A stretch of 63,872 bases of DNA, the filler included, from Basidioascus undulatus (taxonomy: Eukaryota): NCBI GenBank assembly GCA_000826855.1. It is 20 parts of 20 records of this genome, joined end to end, with 100 filler letters (N's around TTAATTAATTAA, not from the genome) between each part and the next. Parts side by side here need not be neighbours in the genome. Positions count along the whole stretch, not along the records: positions 10,956 to 33,544 come from JTLS01000295.1; positions 33,645 to 35,725 come from JTLS01002949.1; positions 35,826 to 37,905 come from JTLS01002950.1; 17 more parts are not named here. One strand, written 5' to 3'. Made by a program: the position numbers and the translations under genes. Every line of letters begins with the position of its first letter. The stretch's first letter is position 1. The notes under the pieces are model-generated. The model saw nothing but the letters and a program-made list of their open reading frames with translations, was not told the DNA's origin and made no database searches. Positions 24,866 through 38,005 of this stretch are shown here, one piece after another.

Positions 24866-25335
24866 CTACAGCATCACACGAACCTGAAGGACGCGCCCGC
24901 GAGATTGGGTGGTCAGTCCTCCCGAGAGAGATTTTGCATCATTTCATTCAGTCGTGCATGCTTCCTCTATCGCCCTTCTACCCCTTCTCCCGCTACCTTT
25001 CGCCTCATCAACCGCTCCTCCAGCGCCTTCTCCAGCGCCCGTTGCTCAACCTCGCTCATCCCCGCGCCCTTCAAGCCCTCGACCTCCTCCTTGGCCTGCT
25101 CGAGCCCGATGCGGAGCGCGTTCGCGAGCCGCGCGAGCTCGAGCTTCGACTGCGGCTGCTGTGGCGGGGTGACGTGCGGCTGGATGGAGGAGAGCGTGGA
25201 GGCGTTTGTGAGGAGCGGGAGAAAGGAGGGGAGGAGGGTCGGGAGGTGCGAGTCGGAGGAGGAGGTGGGCGCGGGAGGTTGGGAGGACGAGCGGTGGTGC
25301 AGCGGCGGGGCGGGAGAGAAGGGCGAGAAGGACAT
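24866..25335 (-). CDS. Small helical protein, possibly Mediator subunit Med9-like
   Basis: LELARLANALRIGLEQAKEEVEGLKGAGMSEVEQRALEKALEERL resembles the Med9 helical pattern. Probable terminal intron (GACTGAC branch, CTTCAG acceptor) giving VRVML*. Confidence 0.45.
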
Positions 25336-26420
25336 GATGGGGTTTGCTGGAGCAAAAGTGAGGGACCAAAAAGTCAGTGGGTCTGGGCATAAGTGGAAGC
25401 GGGTGAGTGGCAGTTACGAAAGATCGATCGAAATGCGAAGTTGCGATGGATAAGAACGTGAGCGCCAGTCGGAAAAGGTTCGAGTGTGTTCGCTCGGAGG
25501 GGGCGCTTCGCTTCGATGTTCAACGACCGAAACAGGCTTCGAGATCAGTTCGTATTTGAGTTGGCCAGAAATGTTAATGAGAAACAAGTAAGAGAGAGAG
25601 AGTGGTCGGAGTGATGCGTTGGTCCGGAGCTTACGGTTGCACGCGGCTGCAAGGTGTATCTTGAGCATTGACTAAAAAGCCAACAGAAATAAATAGTTGC
25701 ATCCAAAAAGATCTACGGAAAATATATGCAAGCTGATAATCGGATAGCCATGAGGATCTGGAGCGAGCAAAAGAACCGGAAAAAAAGGGTGAAACGAGCC
25801 AAACAGCCAGAGTGAAATGGCCGAAATGGAAACACCAAGTCCGACATGAAAGAGGGTGAGGTGCGGCGGGGCAAAAATCGTATAGCCCTCGCCGCTGACC
25901 CCTTTCAGCTTCGCTCACGGCACCGGCGTCTCCTCAAGGTGAGTACGACCGACGCTTCCACCGCCGTCGCCATGCGCAATGGGGAGGGCGCTGTGCTCGA
26001 TGGGAAGGGGGTATGCTGCGGATGGGCTGGGGGGAGGGGGTTGGGCCGGAACCGATGACCCTGCGAGGAGGGGCGGACCAAATCTGCCTTCGCACGACGC
26101 CGACCGACTCGCCCTCCTTCTCGCTTCCCGTCGACTCGCACGACCTCCATTCGCCCCCTTCAACTCTTATATTTCATCCCGCCACTCACACCAATCTTCC
26201 TCCGACTCTCAACCGACTCCGGCCCGACCTGCCTAGCTCGAATCCCGTACGGCGCTACTCCGCACCCTCACCGATCAAGCCCTCGCCCTGCTCTCGCGGG
26301 GTGCGGAGCCGGAGGCGGACTCGCTACAGACTCACTCCAAACTGCCCGCGGGAATGGGTCGCTGACGGGATGGTGCTGTGTGGTGGAATCGATGGGGCTT
26401 GCCGGATTCCAGCAGCAACG

Positions 26421-27350
26421 ATGGTCAACCTCCGTTCGCAGAAGCGCCTCGCCGCGTCCGTCCTCGGCTGCGGCAAGCGCAAGATCTGGCTCGACCCTTC
26501 CGAGCAGGCCGAGATCGCCAACGCCAACAGCCGCGCCAACATCAAGAAGCTCGCCAAGGACGGGCACATCATCAAGAAGCCGTGCGTCTTCACTCGTCCC
26601 TCCTTCTCCCCCGTCCACCCTCTGACCCCTCCCCACCTCGCACTGTGCTTCGAAATCTAATTGTGGCTACTGGGGTGATTCAGGACGGTCATCCACTCGC
26701 GTGCGCGCGTTCGCGACCTCGCGGCGGCGAAGCGCAAGGGCCGCCACACCGGCGCCGGTAAGCGCAAGGGTACGGCTGAGGCGCGCATGCCGTCCAAGGT
26801 CGTCTGGATGCGCCGCCAGCGTGTCCTCCGCCGCCTGCTCCGCAAGTACAGGGAGTCCGGCAAGATCGACAAGCACCTGTGCGTCTTCCACCGCTCTGAT
26901 TCTGTGCTCCTGGGTGTGGGCTAACGAAGGTGGCTGGTGCCGCGCTCGTGTGACTTCGCAGGTACCACTCTCTGTACTTGAAGTCGAAGGGTAACGTCTT
27001 CAAGAACAAGCGTGTCCTCATGGAGCACAGTGCGTCGTCCCTTCGTTCGGTTCTCTTGATCCAGTCCCTCACCCGCATCACCCTTCCTCGTCCGTCGCCC
27101 GCAGTCCACAAGGCCAAGGCCGAGGTGCTCCGTACCCAGCGCCTCAACGACACCGCCGAGGCTCGCCGTATCGCCAACAGTGCGTTGCCTCTCCTCAATC
27201 TCCCTCACCTACCTTCTCTGACCACATCCCCATTCTTCGCTTCCTCAAAAACCAGAGGCTCTCCGTGCCCGCCGCGCGCAGCGCCTCGCGGAGAAGCGCG
27301 CTGCCCTCGTCGCCGTCGAGCGCACCGACAACGCCGCCGCGACGCAGTGA
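26421..27350 (+). CDS. RPL19: 60S ribosomal protein L19 (eL19), complete, 4 coding introns
   Basis: [31 protein letters not shown]..|[44 protein letters not shown]..|[22 protein letters not shown]|..; stop TGA 27350. Confidence 0.98.
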
Positions 27351-27975
27351 GCGTCTGCCAGGGCTGGTGTCGGTGTCGAAGGACGTGGACGTGGTGGTGT
27401 GTTTGTATGATCATCCATTTACCGCTCTTGTTACCTACGCATCATGTGTTGCTTCTCTTTTTCTCATGTTCGATACCTCAAGCGTGCTTTGTCTGGGTGG
27501 ACGCAGGATGATGCAGGTATGCACACGTAGGTTGATCGCTGTCCGGGAATCTTCTTGCTGGCAACCCTCGTACACACGGCTTGATAGGCTGTTGTAAGAG
27601 GTCATGCGGCCTACTCAGTGCGAGATTCAGCTTGTCACGCTGTGGACTCCGGCTTCGGGATGTACTCCGTTCACCAGTTGCTCGTTCGGCTGCACAACGT
27701 CATACCACAGGTCGTCCTCATTGCTGCTTCTCTTTCTCAGCGCACAATCGGACGACTCGAGATTTTCAGGATGCAGATTACATATCAGACACCTTAGACA
27801 CTACAGCGATACTGCACCTTTTCGCAATATTGCGTGCTGCACTTCGCGGAAGGCAAATCGTTGTTGCTGACCCACCGCCACTTGAGTCTTTACCCGACTT
27901 TAAAAGGCCCCACCAGGCTTTCCTTGCCCGTCTTCTACAGCCGCTTCAGATATCGAGAGCATTTCAGGCAGCAGC

Positions 27976-29150
27976 ATGATCATCCTTCCGACATTCGGTG
28001 CTCTGGCGCTGCTCGGCAGCCAGGTGTCGGCCTCTCCGCTCTCAGGCGGGTCGCACCTGCAGCAACTTTTGCGCGCCCCATTCGAGCACTCGGAAGTGTC
28101 CTCTTCGACGTCATCGCAGAGCAGCTCCGACTGGACAACCTTCCACCACCCGATCAAGCGCGTTGCAGTCATCGGCGCGGGGCCCGCAGGCCTGCAAGCC
28201 GCTGCGACGCTCGTCGAGCACAACTTCACCGTCCGCTTCTTCGACCGTTCCCCCGGCGACGGGCGGGAACTGGTTCTACGCTGAGGAGACGCCGGCAAGG
28301 GAATCGTTCGTTACTTGGCCTGGGTTTGCTCAGTCGTCCTCGCGCCGCTCCTGACGTCCACCGCAGTGACAAGCCGCTGACTGTCGCGCGTACGAGCCCG
28401 ACACAGAAGATTTGCCCAAGACCCGCTTCTTTGAGGAGAGAGAGGACGGCTTGAAGAGCGCTGCAAGGAGCACTGGCTCCCGAGGCCGGTCTGGGACTCG
28501 CTGCATACGAACTCGCCTTCGGTGAGTCCTAGCCTGCAGGATATGTTGCAGGAGCGAAGCGTGCTGACTACCAAATTCAAGGTCATCACCGAGCTTCCAG
28601 TTTTCAAGTACACGCCTGACGTTGTAGGATTCCCTTTATACCGATGCCCCCTAGCACGATGCTGACAAACTGCGTCCCATTCTTCTAGCCTTGGGTCCTC
28701 TCCAACCACGCCATCCAGCGGCACGTCCGCTCGTACGCCTCTCACCACGAACTCACAGCAAATGACGCTCCCTCCTCCTCCTCGATCCCGCCCGTCGTCT
28801 CCTACTCAACGCGGGTCCAGCTTCTCCGCAAGTCGACCGAGACGCACGCTGGACGCTGACGCTGCGCTGCTTCGAGCGTCTGCCGCACTCGCGCCAGACC
28901 AAGGCGGACTGGTGTACGGAACAATTTGACGCAGTGGTCGTGGCTACCGGACCTTATGAGTGAGTCGGTGTGGTTGCAGCCGACTGAGTCGGCCAGCCTA
29001 GGCCTCGAGTCTCTGACGTGTTCCGGAGCAGTGCTGCACATGTTCCCACTATTGAAGGGCTCCAGGACTGGGCGAAGGCGACAGAGAACGGCAAGCACAG
29101 CGTTTGGCACTCGCGCTCGTACAAGCGGCCGGAGGCACTGCACGGCAAGG
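27976..29150 (+). pseudogene. Flavin-containing monooxygenase (FMO-like) with signal peptide; frameshifted and truncated
   Basis: Signal peptide then IKRVAVIGAGPAG. GGNWFY follows only after a frameshift (~28260). Further shifts precede EHWLPRPVWDSLHTNSP (~28450) and WTLTLR..FDAVVVATG (~28850). VWHSRSYKRP present; no NADPH-binding exon recognised afterwards. Confidence 0.82.
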
Positions 29151-31244
29151 TACGCACGAAAGTAGGGAGCGCGGACGGCGCACATGGGTGATATCCATGG
29201 ATCTAACAAGATCCCGGCAAGAAATGCCGTATCTGGTTCGTGCAAGAGCTGGACCTGCATCCCCAGGACCGGCGTCAGCACCTTGCTAGCGAACGGATGA
29301 GTCCCGCAGCTGACCAACGATGGTCGCACCCCCAGAGCTGTGTCACACAGCAATCTGTTGACATCGAGCTTTCCCTTCCAGCTGCCCAGATTTGCATGTC
29401 CCTTGCTGTCGGGCGGCCCGCCGAGCTTCGTGCCGAGAGTGCGAGTTGACTCGGCTACGACGGCCTCGCCTTCAACCGGCGTTGATGCGCTTGAGCACGT
29501 GGAGCGTCTCAAAGATCTCGGAAACTCGGAGCGCGATCTGGACGTGGCGCAGACCAATCTCCCTCTGCGAGGGCTCCTGGAGAATGATCCCATGCTCTAG
29601 AGGAGAGCGGGGAGGAGGGTGGCAAGGTCAACATGGCTTGGAAGTGAGCAAGAAATTCCTCAGATTAATGAAGACATGTTTTGACATACCCGAGCGTCTC
29701 GTATCGCAGATAGGGCACCTCGTTCTTTTTCACCGTTCCTCCCGAACCTTCTCGAGGACCAACGAAAACACGCTGGACCCGTCCCGATACTCTATACTGC
29801 GTTGCATCTCTTTCAGCGCTTAAGTAAATTGTCATAAATGAACGACCAAGAGAGGAAGGAGACGATGACCGCGAGACTAGCATGTCTGGAGGTAGCTAGT
29901 TTCTCCCTCTGAAGGTTCCGCGTTGACTTGTGCCGCCAACAATTGACGAAGTACTGCTCTTCCTTGATGGAGACTGTTCAAAGAAGTAAAGCTAGTGAGA
30001 TTCCATGCGCCTAATTGACCCGCGTGTTGGACCATCAGTGTTACAGTCCGATCGTAAGAGGCTCGAGATTCACCTTCGCTCGCTACTGGAACGGACACTA
30101 CTTCCCGACCCGACCTTGGCTTTCACTAACGGTCCGTCAGACTTTTTTGGAAGCCTAAAAACTCCCACCATAGCTGACACTTCCTTCCAGTTCGCCCGTG
30201 GACGATCGGTCGCTACCAGTCCCTCGCACTCGCGAAAGGCTGGGAGGGCACCGCCCGTCTGCCGGGCGAGCACAGGCTTAGGGAAAAATATCCTGCGGCG
30301 AAGAAAAGTCTCTTCCATGGATTCTTTGGTACAGTTCAGATAGAAGGTAAGCTCACATCTGCGAGAAGCGTGAAGCTGCGCGCTGAACTGGGAGGTTTGG
30401 ACGGCAGCGCTTCCCACAGTATGTCGTCTGGCTCAACAACGAGAGCCTTGTGCACGGCGGTCGCTTCGTATAGGAGTGACCTCTCGAGTAGGAATACTTC
30501 TTTATGTTGGACTGTAGAACGGTTTCGCTGACAAAACGCCTCGTTACTATGCGAACCAGGAATGGGAACAGGTGGGCTTTCACAGCTTCCCGCTCTTGCG
30601 CATAGGCACTCACTTGGCAGAAATACAGGGATACATTTTTGATTATGCGGAGCGGCTACCCGCGTCGCACTGGAAGTCGGCGTTCTGGGATGCGGCTGTG
30701 TGCGAAGACGGTGGATGTTTGATTCGAGTTGGCGGGAACCTCACATGGTTTGCCAAGGTCTTTCAAAGCATTTACGGCATTCTTGAAACAACAGGCCATG
30801 GGAACTCGTTGCAAGATCCTTTTTGTGCGAGGACGGAGGCGCACAGCTCCGGGGTTCTGTCGTCGAGGCTCTGATGCCACCGTGAGCGGCTTCCTTTTTT
30901 TGCTCTCTCGTGGTTACACGCCCTGCACTTTGCGTCCTCTGTCTCGGTTGGTTTTGAAGAAGCACCGGCAGCATGATCAGATTTTTAATAACGGACGCGT
31001 GATTTGCTGGGTCACGTTTCGGTGTCAGAGATCGCGACCACGCGTCCCGGCCGGCGATATGCGCAGGAGGAACCCGGAAGGAATGGCGTGCACGCCATCC
31101 GCATGGTCATAGTGCTCATCGCGACCGTCGACTTCGTCTTCCTTCTTCGAATTACTCCTTTCCTGGGAACACTGATATTCTCTTCGCTCGTATACACTCG
31201 CCTCTTTCTCGAGTTCGGTTTCACACGATCCGTCGACGCCGTTC

Positions 31245-33205
31245 ATGTCTTCGTCTTCGTCTCCTTCTCCTCACCTGCCCAGTACACCGCTTCGGCGCGT
31301 CCTCATCATCGGCGGCGGACCATCTGGGCTCGCAGTGCTCAAGCAGCTACTCGACTTGCCCGATCACTTCACTCACGTCCGCTGTTACGAGAGACGGAGC
31401 GAAGTCGGCGGCGTATGGTTCTACGAGGACGAGGTTACGCGCGAGATGGAGGCGCGTCGTGCGGCCGGCGAGGTTGAAGGAGGAATGCGAGAAGGTCTGG
31501 AGGGCTTTGTGAGCAAGAATGGCAGGAAGTACTGGCCCTCACCTGCGTGAGTGACTTGCACCCCTAACCCTTCAGTCTTTCATGTAAATAATTTGACCCC
31601 GTTGCACCGTGCAAAACAGATATCCAGCCTTGCGAGGCAACGTACCTCCCGGTATCCTCTCCTTCTCTACACACCCTATGCCCACTCCGGCGCCAACAGG
31701 AGCCGACCCCGAGGCGTTCCCAACGCTGGCCGAGACGCACGCCTACCTCCTCGATTACGCCGCTCCGCTCCGACGGCACATACACCTCAACCGCGAGGTA
31801 GTCTCCGTCCGGCCGCTGCCGCACTCCGGCTGGAGCGTTCGCAGCCGCATTAACGGTGAACGGGAAGAGTTGGAGGAGGAGTGGGACGCCGTTGTGGTTG
31901 GTGGGGGATGGTACGACAATCCGGACTTCCCGCCGGTGGAAGGCTTCAGCGAGCTGCCTAAGGAGAAGCTGCGGTGGGTCGTGTTCACCTGCGCCCTTCA
32001 AAGCCTTACCATCCGCTTATCATCAGCATGCGTCCAGGCACGCTAAGTATTACCGCGGACCAGAGTCCTTCCAGCACAAGGTGCGCTAGCCCCTTAACTG
32101 GCCATTTATTAACACTGTCGAACACACTTATCTTCTTGCAGTGCATCATCGTGATCGGCCACGCGAACTCTTCGAACGACATCGCGACCCACGCGCGCCT
32201 CAACGCGCGCCTCCCAGTCTACCGTTCCGTCCGATCACCCTCGGTACACGCGTTCCTCCCCTCATCCGACATTATCAACGTCCCTCCTCTCCGTCGCGTC
32301 TCGTACGACCCCTTGACGGACAAGATCTCTTGCGAGTTCCTTGATGGAACCAAGCTGGAGGACGTGGACGTCATCATCAGCGGGACAGGGTACAATGCTC
32401 GCTTCCCGTGGATCAAGGTGCCGAGGCTGGACGGGTGTGAGGGCGAGGAGGAGGTGACTCCTGAAGACCTGAAGGGCGCTTATGTGCCAAAGTGAGTTTC
32501 GCATTCATGCACGACCAAGAGCAACGCTGATGCGCGCGCGCAATGCAGCTTGCACCACCACATCTTCCATGCCGCGCGGCCGACTCTCGCATTCATTGGC
32601 TTGGTCATGCCTCAAGTACGTCTTGCTGCCTAATTGAAGCTTTGAGAGCCTGTAGCGCAATCTTCTGACGCTGCCTCGCTCACATTACAGTCGCCGTTCA
32701 CCTTCTTCGAGCTCCAATCGCGGGTGCTCGCCCTCGTCCTCTCTCGCAGGCTCTCCCTTCCGCACGACCTCCTTGCTTCCCACCGCGAGCGTCTCGCCGA
32801 AATCGACTGTATGAACCCGCCTAAGAGTGTACGGCACTACCATATCCTACGTTTCCCGAAAGAAGCGGAGTGTGAGTGTTGCCGTTGCCGTTGCTACTCG
32901 CACTCGAGCTCGTCAGGTTTCACTTACTTTGCCCTTCGCTACGCCCAGACATCGAGGAGCTGTTCGCATGGGCGGGCGAGGATGCGCTGCGCGGCTGCAA
33001 GCGGTGGGATACGGAGCGGGATGGTGCGCGGCTTGCGCTGCGACCCACGAAGGAGCGGGACTTGCTGAGGGCCGAGCAGAGACGCCTTGGGGCGCTACAG
33101 AAGGAGGCTGAGAAGGCTAAGGAGGAGAGGAAGGCGGAAGCGGCCGTGGAGGGAGTGAGGATAGAGTTGGAGACGGCAAGGATCGGGGCGGCTGTGAAGG
33201 CATGA
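31245..33205 (+). CDS. Flavin-containing monooxygenase (class B, Fmo1-like), apparently intact, spliced
   Basis: RRVLIIGGGPSG..YERRSEVGGVW; YPALRGNVP; WDAVVVGGGWYDNP; HAKYYRGP; IIVIGHANSSND; DVIISGTGY; PTLAFIGL; PFTFFELQSR; stop TGA 33205. Confidence 0.9.
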
Positions 33206-35825
33206 ATAGCGTCGCAGCATTCCGTGATCTGATGATACATTTCGACGTTGAGGAGCCATTCAGACCAATATTATGCTGCTTTTTCCTTCAGCTACGCATT
33301 TTTGACATCACATTTGGCGGTCAGAGCACAATGCGTAGTAGTCCATGCTGGATAACCGCGGTCTTGAGAGCGTTTCATCTTTTGCTCGAAATTGATGTAG
33401 AGATGAACTGGTGAGCATTGCCGTATTTTGGGTACCGCGGGTACATCCGCGGCGCGGACTGGCGGCATGATTCGCGGATCTTACCCTCAGACGTCTCCTT
33501 TCTCCTCCCACCACGAACACTTCGTCACCAGACCCATACTGTTCNNNNNNNNNNNNNNNNNNNNNNNNNNNNNNNNNNNNNNNNNNNNTTAATTAATTAA
33601 NNNNNNNNNNNNNNNNNNNNNNNNNNNNNNNNNNNNNNNNNNNNGGGGTAGAGATTGAAGCTGTAGGAGGGGGGGGAAGGGGAGGGGGTGGAAGGGGAGG
33701 AGGTGAGGGAGATGACAGTGGAGTGGGCTCGATATCCTTTGGCCGCAGGCTTGCCGAAGCCTGTGGGACAGCGTCTGGATCGCCCGGACCGTCCGCGATA
33801 GACTCGCAATTGGAGTCCGAGCCTAAATCGACCTCAGGCTGATTGCCCGACGCCGAAGCCTCAGCTTTGTGCACCGCCCGCGCCGCGTCTCGCGTGCACT
33901 GCCGATAGAGCAACGTGTTCTCCGTCATGTCCCTTCCCCCGCTTGTCTCGCCTCTTCTTTTCGAATGAAAATGCATCGGCTCGGGTGCAGGTGTGTGAGC
34001 GGAGGGAGGTGCGGTCAAGGAGGGAGGTACAGATGCGGAGGTAGATGGGGGAGCGGAGGGGACTGGAGGCGGGGGGCGTCGACGCCGAGGAGGAGGACGT
34101 GGAGAGAAGAGGAGGCGGCGGTTGAGGTCGGGATAGAGGGTGAAATGCATTGAAGGCAGGGTACCCGCACGACGGGTTGTACGCGGGTGATGCATTTGAC
34201 CACGGCGAGAAGGGGTGGCCGCCTAGGTGATACATCCTATGGGGAGTGTATCCTCTGGTGAATGGTTTCTCTGGGCGGAAGAGTGGCAACAAGTACGGAC
34301 GTTTGAACGCAGAACGAACAGTCAAAGTTGGGTACAGAGCAGCGACCAGCGACCAGCTACCCGAATCGCGCATATGCATAAGCGCTCCTAGATTAGATTA
34401 TATTTCAGACCGATACTCTGCGCGTTGTTGAAAGACCTAGAGCCTTAGAAATGAGATTTTAGGGATGCTGAAGGAAAACGATTGAAAACAGGGGCAACGT
34501 TGGACAGCGCGACGCGTCCGTGTCAGACCGCGTGAGAGTTTCAAGCAGTCATCCCGCGGCGTCTTCTTTTCCTCACTCTTCACCATGACAGTAGCCGGCA
34601 CCCTGCTGGACATGGGTTTCAATGTAAAATTATCTCGTGCTCTATTTGCTTGGACAATGTGGCAGGTTGAATCCGAGACGATCTACGCTGACCGCCGCAA
34701 AAGATGTACGGCGGAGGTGTATTTCCCCCCGAACCGTGCGTAGCAAGAAGGCACATTATGGACACCGTAAGGACACATCGGACATGGACATTTACAATGC
34801 CCTACACCGTCATGGAAGATAGAGAGAGAGCCATGGCGCAAACCTATACAAGCCCCACTAGCCCGCTAGCGACCCCTGGTTTCATACATCTCCCATCTAT
34901 CCACCAGTAACAAAATTCACCTCCATAAATGAGAGTGCTATGGAGACGGGTGACGAGAGTCAGTTCTCGCCCTTTTGAATGTACTGGCTGTCCGCGGTGC
35001 GACACCTCAGGCCATTAAGGTCAACAGCGCATCCGAGGCTCCAGGGAGCTTCAAACCGCCTTTGAATGCTAAAACAGAAGCTCGAGGGAAACTCTTACAC
35101 CGCTACAATCACAGCTGGCGAGGTGGCAGCCCAGCGTGCCTGAACCGAACGCTGGGCTGCAGACCAAAACTCTCGCGTACCCGAAGCTGGATGGAAGCAC
35201 ACTACTAACTAAGGCTATGCCGATGTTTGGACCAGGCACCGACAACGTGGGCTTCAATGTTGGCACTGCAGCTTGCGTTGGACCATCTGGATTCTGCCTC
35301 CACAAAACCACAACAGGTTTATGACACTTGAGCGTCGAAGGCAGTTACTTGACCGGGCTCGAGCAGCACTGCCGCATTGCAGGCATGTCTGATTACGGCT
35401 GACCGCACTGCCAGGTGCAATGGTTGAACTTCTAACGTCCCCAAACTCCACTGAAACAGCTGTTCAGGGAGTTATTGCTGTTTAAAATCTCTACCATGAC
35501 CTGGGCGAGCTCAAGTCTCGGTTCCCACCTACTTTGCCGCCTCTCCCAACCGGCCCCAACTCCCCGCGCCTGGCACCCTCCCGACGCACAGTGCACACAC
35601 GCTCGCCTGTTTGGCCTCATGCCTCGCTCGCTCTCCTTCCCTCATCTCGCGCTCTTCCAAAGGTCCATACGACCCCCACCCCCACCTACACCTTCACACT
35701 CCATAGCGCTCCCAGCAAACTGACCNNNNNNNNNNNNNNNNNNNNNNNNNNNNNNNNNNNNNNNNNNNNTTAATTAATTAANNNNNNNNNNNNNNNNNNN
35801 NNNNNNNNNNNNNNNNNNNNNNNNN

Positions 35826-37420
35826 GGGAGGGAAGGGATAGAGGGTGGGAAGGGAGGAACGGAGAGACTCACGTGAAGGATCGGACCGTGCTCGGTCGAG
35901 TCGTATGGAAAGGTGTACCCGCTCATGATCCCCTTGTTTCCGGGGCCGTGGGGCGAGTAGATGTGGACGTTGGTGAGCTGGGAGGGAGGGGTGGAGAGTC
36001 AGCTGATGGTTGATTGAGCAGTGGATAGGGCGCACCTTGTAGGCGGGGGAGTAGTACACGCGCAGGATGAACGGCTTGCCGGCCTTGTCGATCGAGCCGG
36101 TGTAGAGGGAGGGGCCGTAGGCGGTGGAGTCGACCTGCGCGACAGTGCTTAGCGCCGCAAACGAGCCCAAGGGAAAGGATGAAGACGCTCACCGACTCCT
36201 GGAACAACCACACCGGATCCAGCACCTTCCCCTCGCTCGCGGTGCTCACAACCTCCGCTGCGCCGTCCATCCTTATCCCAACGAAATACCCCTGCTCTTG
36301 GAGCCCCACATCCCTGAGCTCCCGGAAGCGCTCCCCGCCCGCCGCGCGGACAGCGCTGATCTTGCGCACGTCCCCGCTCAGGCGCACCGCCTTGGCCGCG
36401 CCATCCTCGAGCCAGACGAGCGCGTCGCGCGCTAGGAGGAGGTCGCGCGTCCCATGCGAGAGGGACGAGGGGAGGTCGTGTGTGGACAGGAGCGCACCGG
36501 TGTCGGAGGAGAGGGCGTGGATCCGGAGGGAGAGGGCGGAGGAGGGCTGACGCGTGAGGCCGATTATGTGCAGGGTGGTGGGCGTTTGGGCGATGCGGGT
36601 GTAGAGCGTCTCGGGGGGCTCGGATCTGGTTGGAGGTGATGGTGATCAGCCTGCGGGCGAGGAGCAGCGGGGAAGGGGCAAGGCGGAAGAACGCACGTGG
36701 GGTCCGCGCTCCATTCCCACTTGACCGTCCCCGAAAGCTTGTCGAGCCGGCGAAGGTCACCGCCGTTGGAAAGAACGAAGATGTCGTGCGAGTCGTCGTT
36801 GGCGAAGAGGGCATCGACGCCTGCGCTGGGCGGGTCGTTGAGCAGCCCGTCACGCGGCGGGTGGAGGGCGGACTCCCAGTAGTTGTAGCCTGAGAGGGCA
36901 TCGAAGAGGCGGGCGGTGCTCCCGCCTGGACCGGAGAGGGAGAAGGCGACTGGCGAGGGGTACGGGCAGAGGTTCAGCTGGGGGAGGAAGGGATAGTGCA
37001 GCGGAGAGTGCGCACCGTCTTGGGAGGTCTGGAAAAGGAGAATGGGATCTGAGGAATCCAAAGCATGTCTCCAAACTACCCGCCATATTCGTCCATCAGC
37101 ACGGCCTTCCCTCCTCGCAGCCGCCCCAGTCTGCACGCACCGATCTTCCCGTCGCCGGGGTTGAGCGCGGCGAGGACATTGCTCTCCGTCGCCGCAAAGA
37201 CCGCAGTATTCCGCTTTTCGGGCTTGGGGACATCAGGGTTTGTTGTTTGGGGGTAGTGGATTCTATGGAAGCGCGGGGCGGTGCTGTGCTGGTCGAGCTT
37301 TGGCACGCCGATGAGGGGGACGTGGAAGTCGATCACGCCCGCGTCCTCGGCGTGCAGCGCGCGCACCGTCGCGGACGCTGCGAGCGCGGCGACTGCGCTG
37401 AGGTACGTCAGCTTGCCCAT
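35826..37420 (-). CDS. EMC1: ER membrane protein complex subunit 1, 3'-partial
   Basis: Signal peptide + ALHAEDAGVIDFHVPLIGVP..AATESNVLAALNPGDGKI|VWRH..; SLSGPGGSTARLFDALSG..WES (PQQ-like propeller N-terminus). Confidence 0.88.
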
Positions 37421-38005
37421 CGCGGGCGATGTAATTGAGAAAGAGAATAGGCGAGGCGGTGAGCGTTCAAGTCGCAGCTGCTCGCTGGCTTGTCTGGAGC
37501 TTGGGTCCGAGTCGCGTGGGAATTCTGGCCGGGCGTCTTCCCGAGGCCTTCTCGCTTGCCGCCTCAGCCTTCGGCACTCACCTCGTTCGACGCTCACACG
37601 ATGATTCCGTCACAAGTACTCCTCAAGCGATCAGTCTGGAAGGGTGCGCCGCCTTGGATGCCACACACCCAGCTGCTGCTCCAGCTCATTCTGTCTCCAT
37701 CGTCCAGGGCCGTTCTTCAGCGCGTTCCCCAACCTCGAGTCCGCCCGCAACGGCCCCCCCATCAAGACCATGGCACGCTCTTGCACCATCCTCCCTAACT
37801 TCGTCGGGTGCGTCAAGTTTCTTCCAGCGCAGATGGACGAGGGAAGCAGATAATCTGAGCATGGAACAAGCCGTCGCTCAACCTCCAACCACTTCCCTCC
37901 CGCCCNNNNNNNNNNNNNNNNNNNNNNNNNNNNNNNNNNNNNNNNNNNNTTAATTAATTAANNNNNNNNNNNNNNNNNNNNNNNNNNNNNNNNNNNNNNN
38001 NNNNN

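Noticed and set aside
25850..25950. U1 snRNA on the minus strand (GTACTCACCT start, GATTTTTG Sm-like site)
   Set aside because: No U1 loop I (GATCA) or loop II (ATTGCAC). The match is simply the complement of a plus-strand splice-donor-like sequence.
29650..31000. Possible minus-strand gene between the two FMOs
   Set aside because: Some splice-like signals but no coherent frame or recognisable protein; cannot be supported.
33645..35725. Coding potential in this contig
   Set aside because: Low-complexity Pro/Ser frames and short ORFs without recognisable homology.
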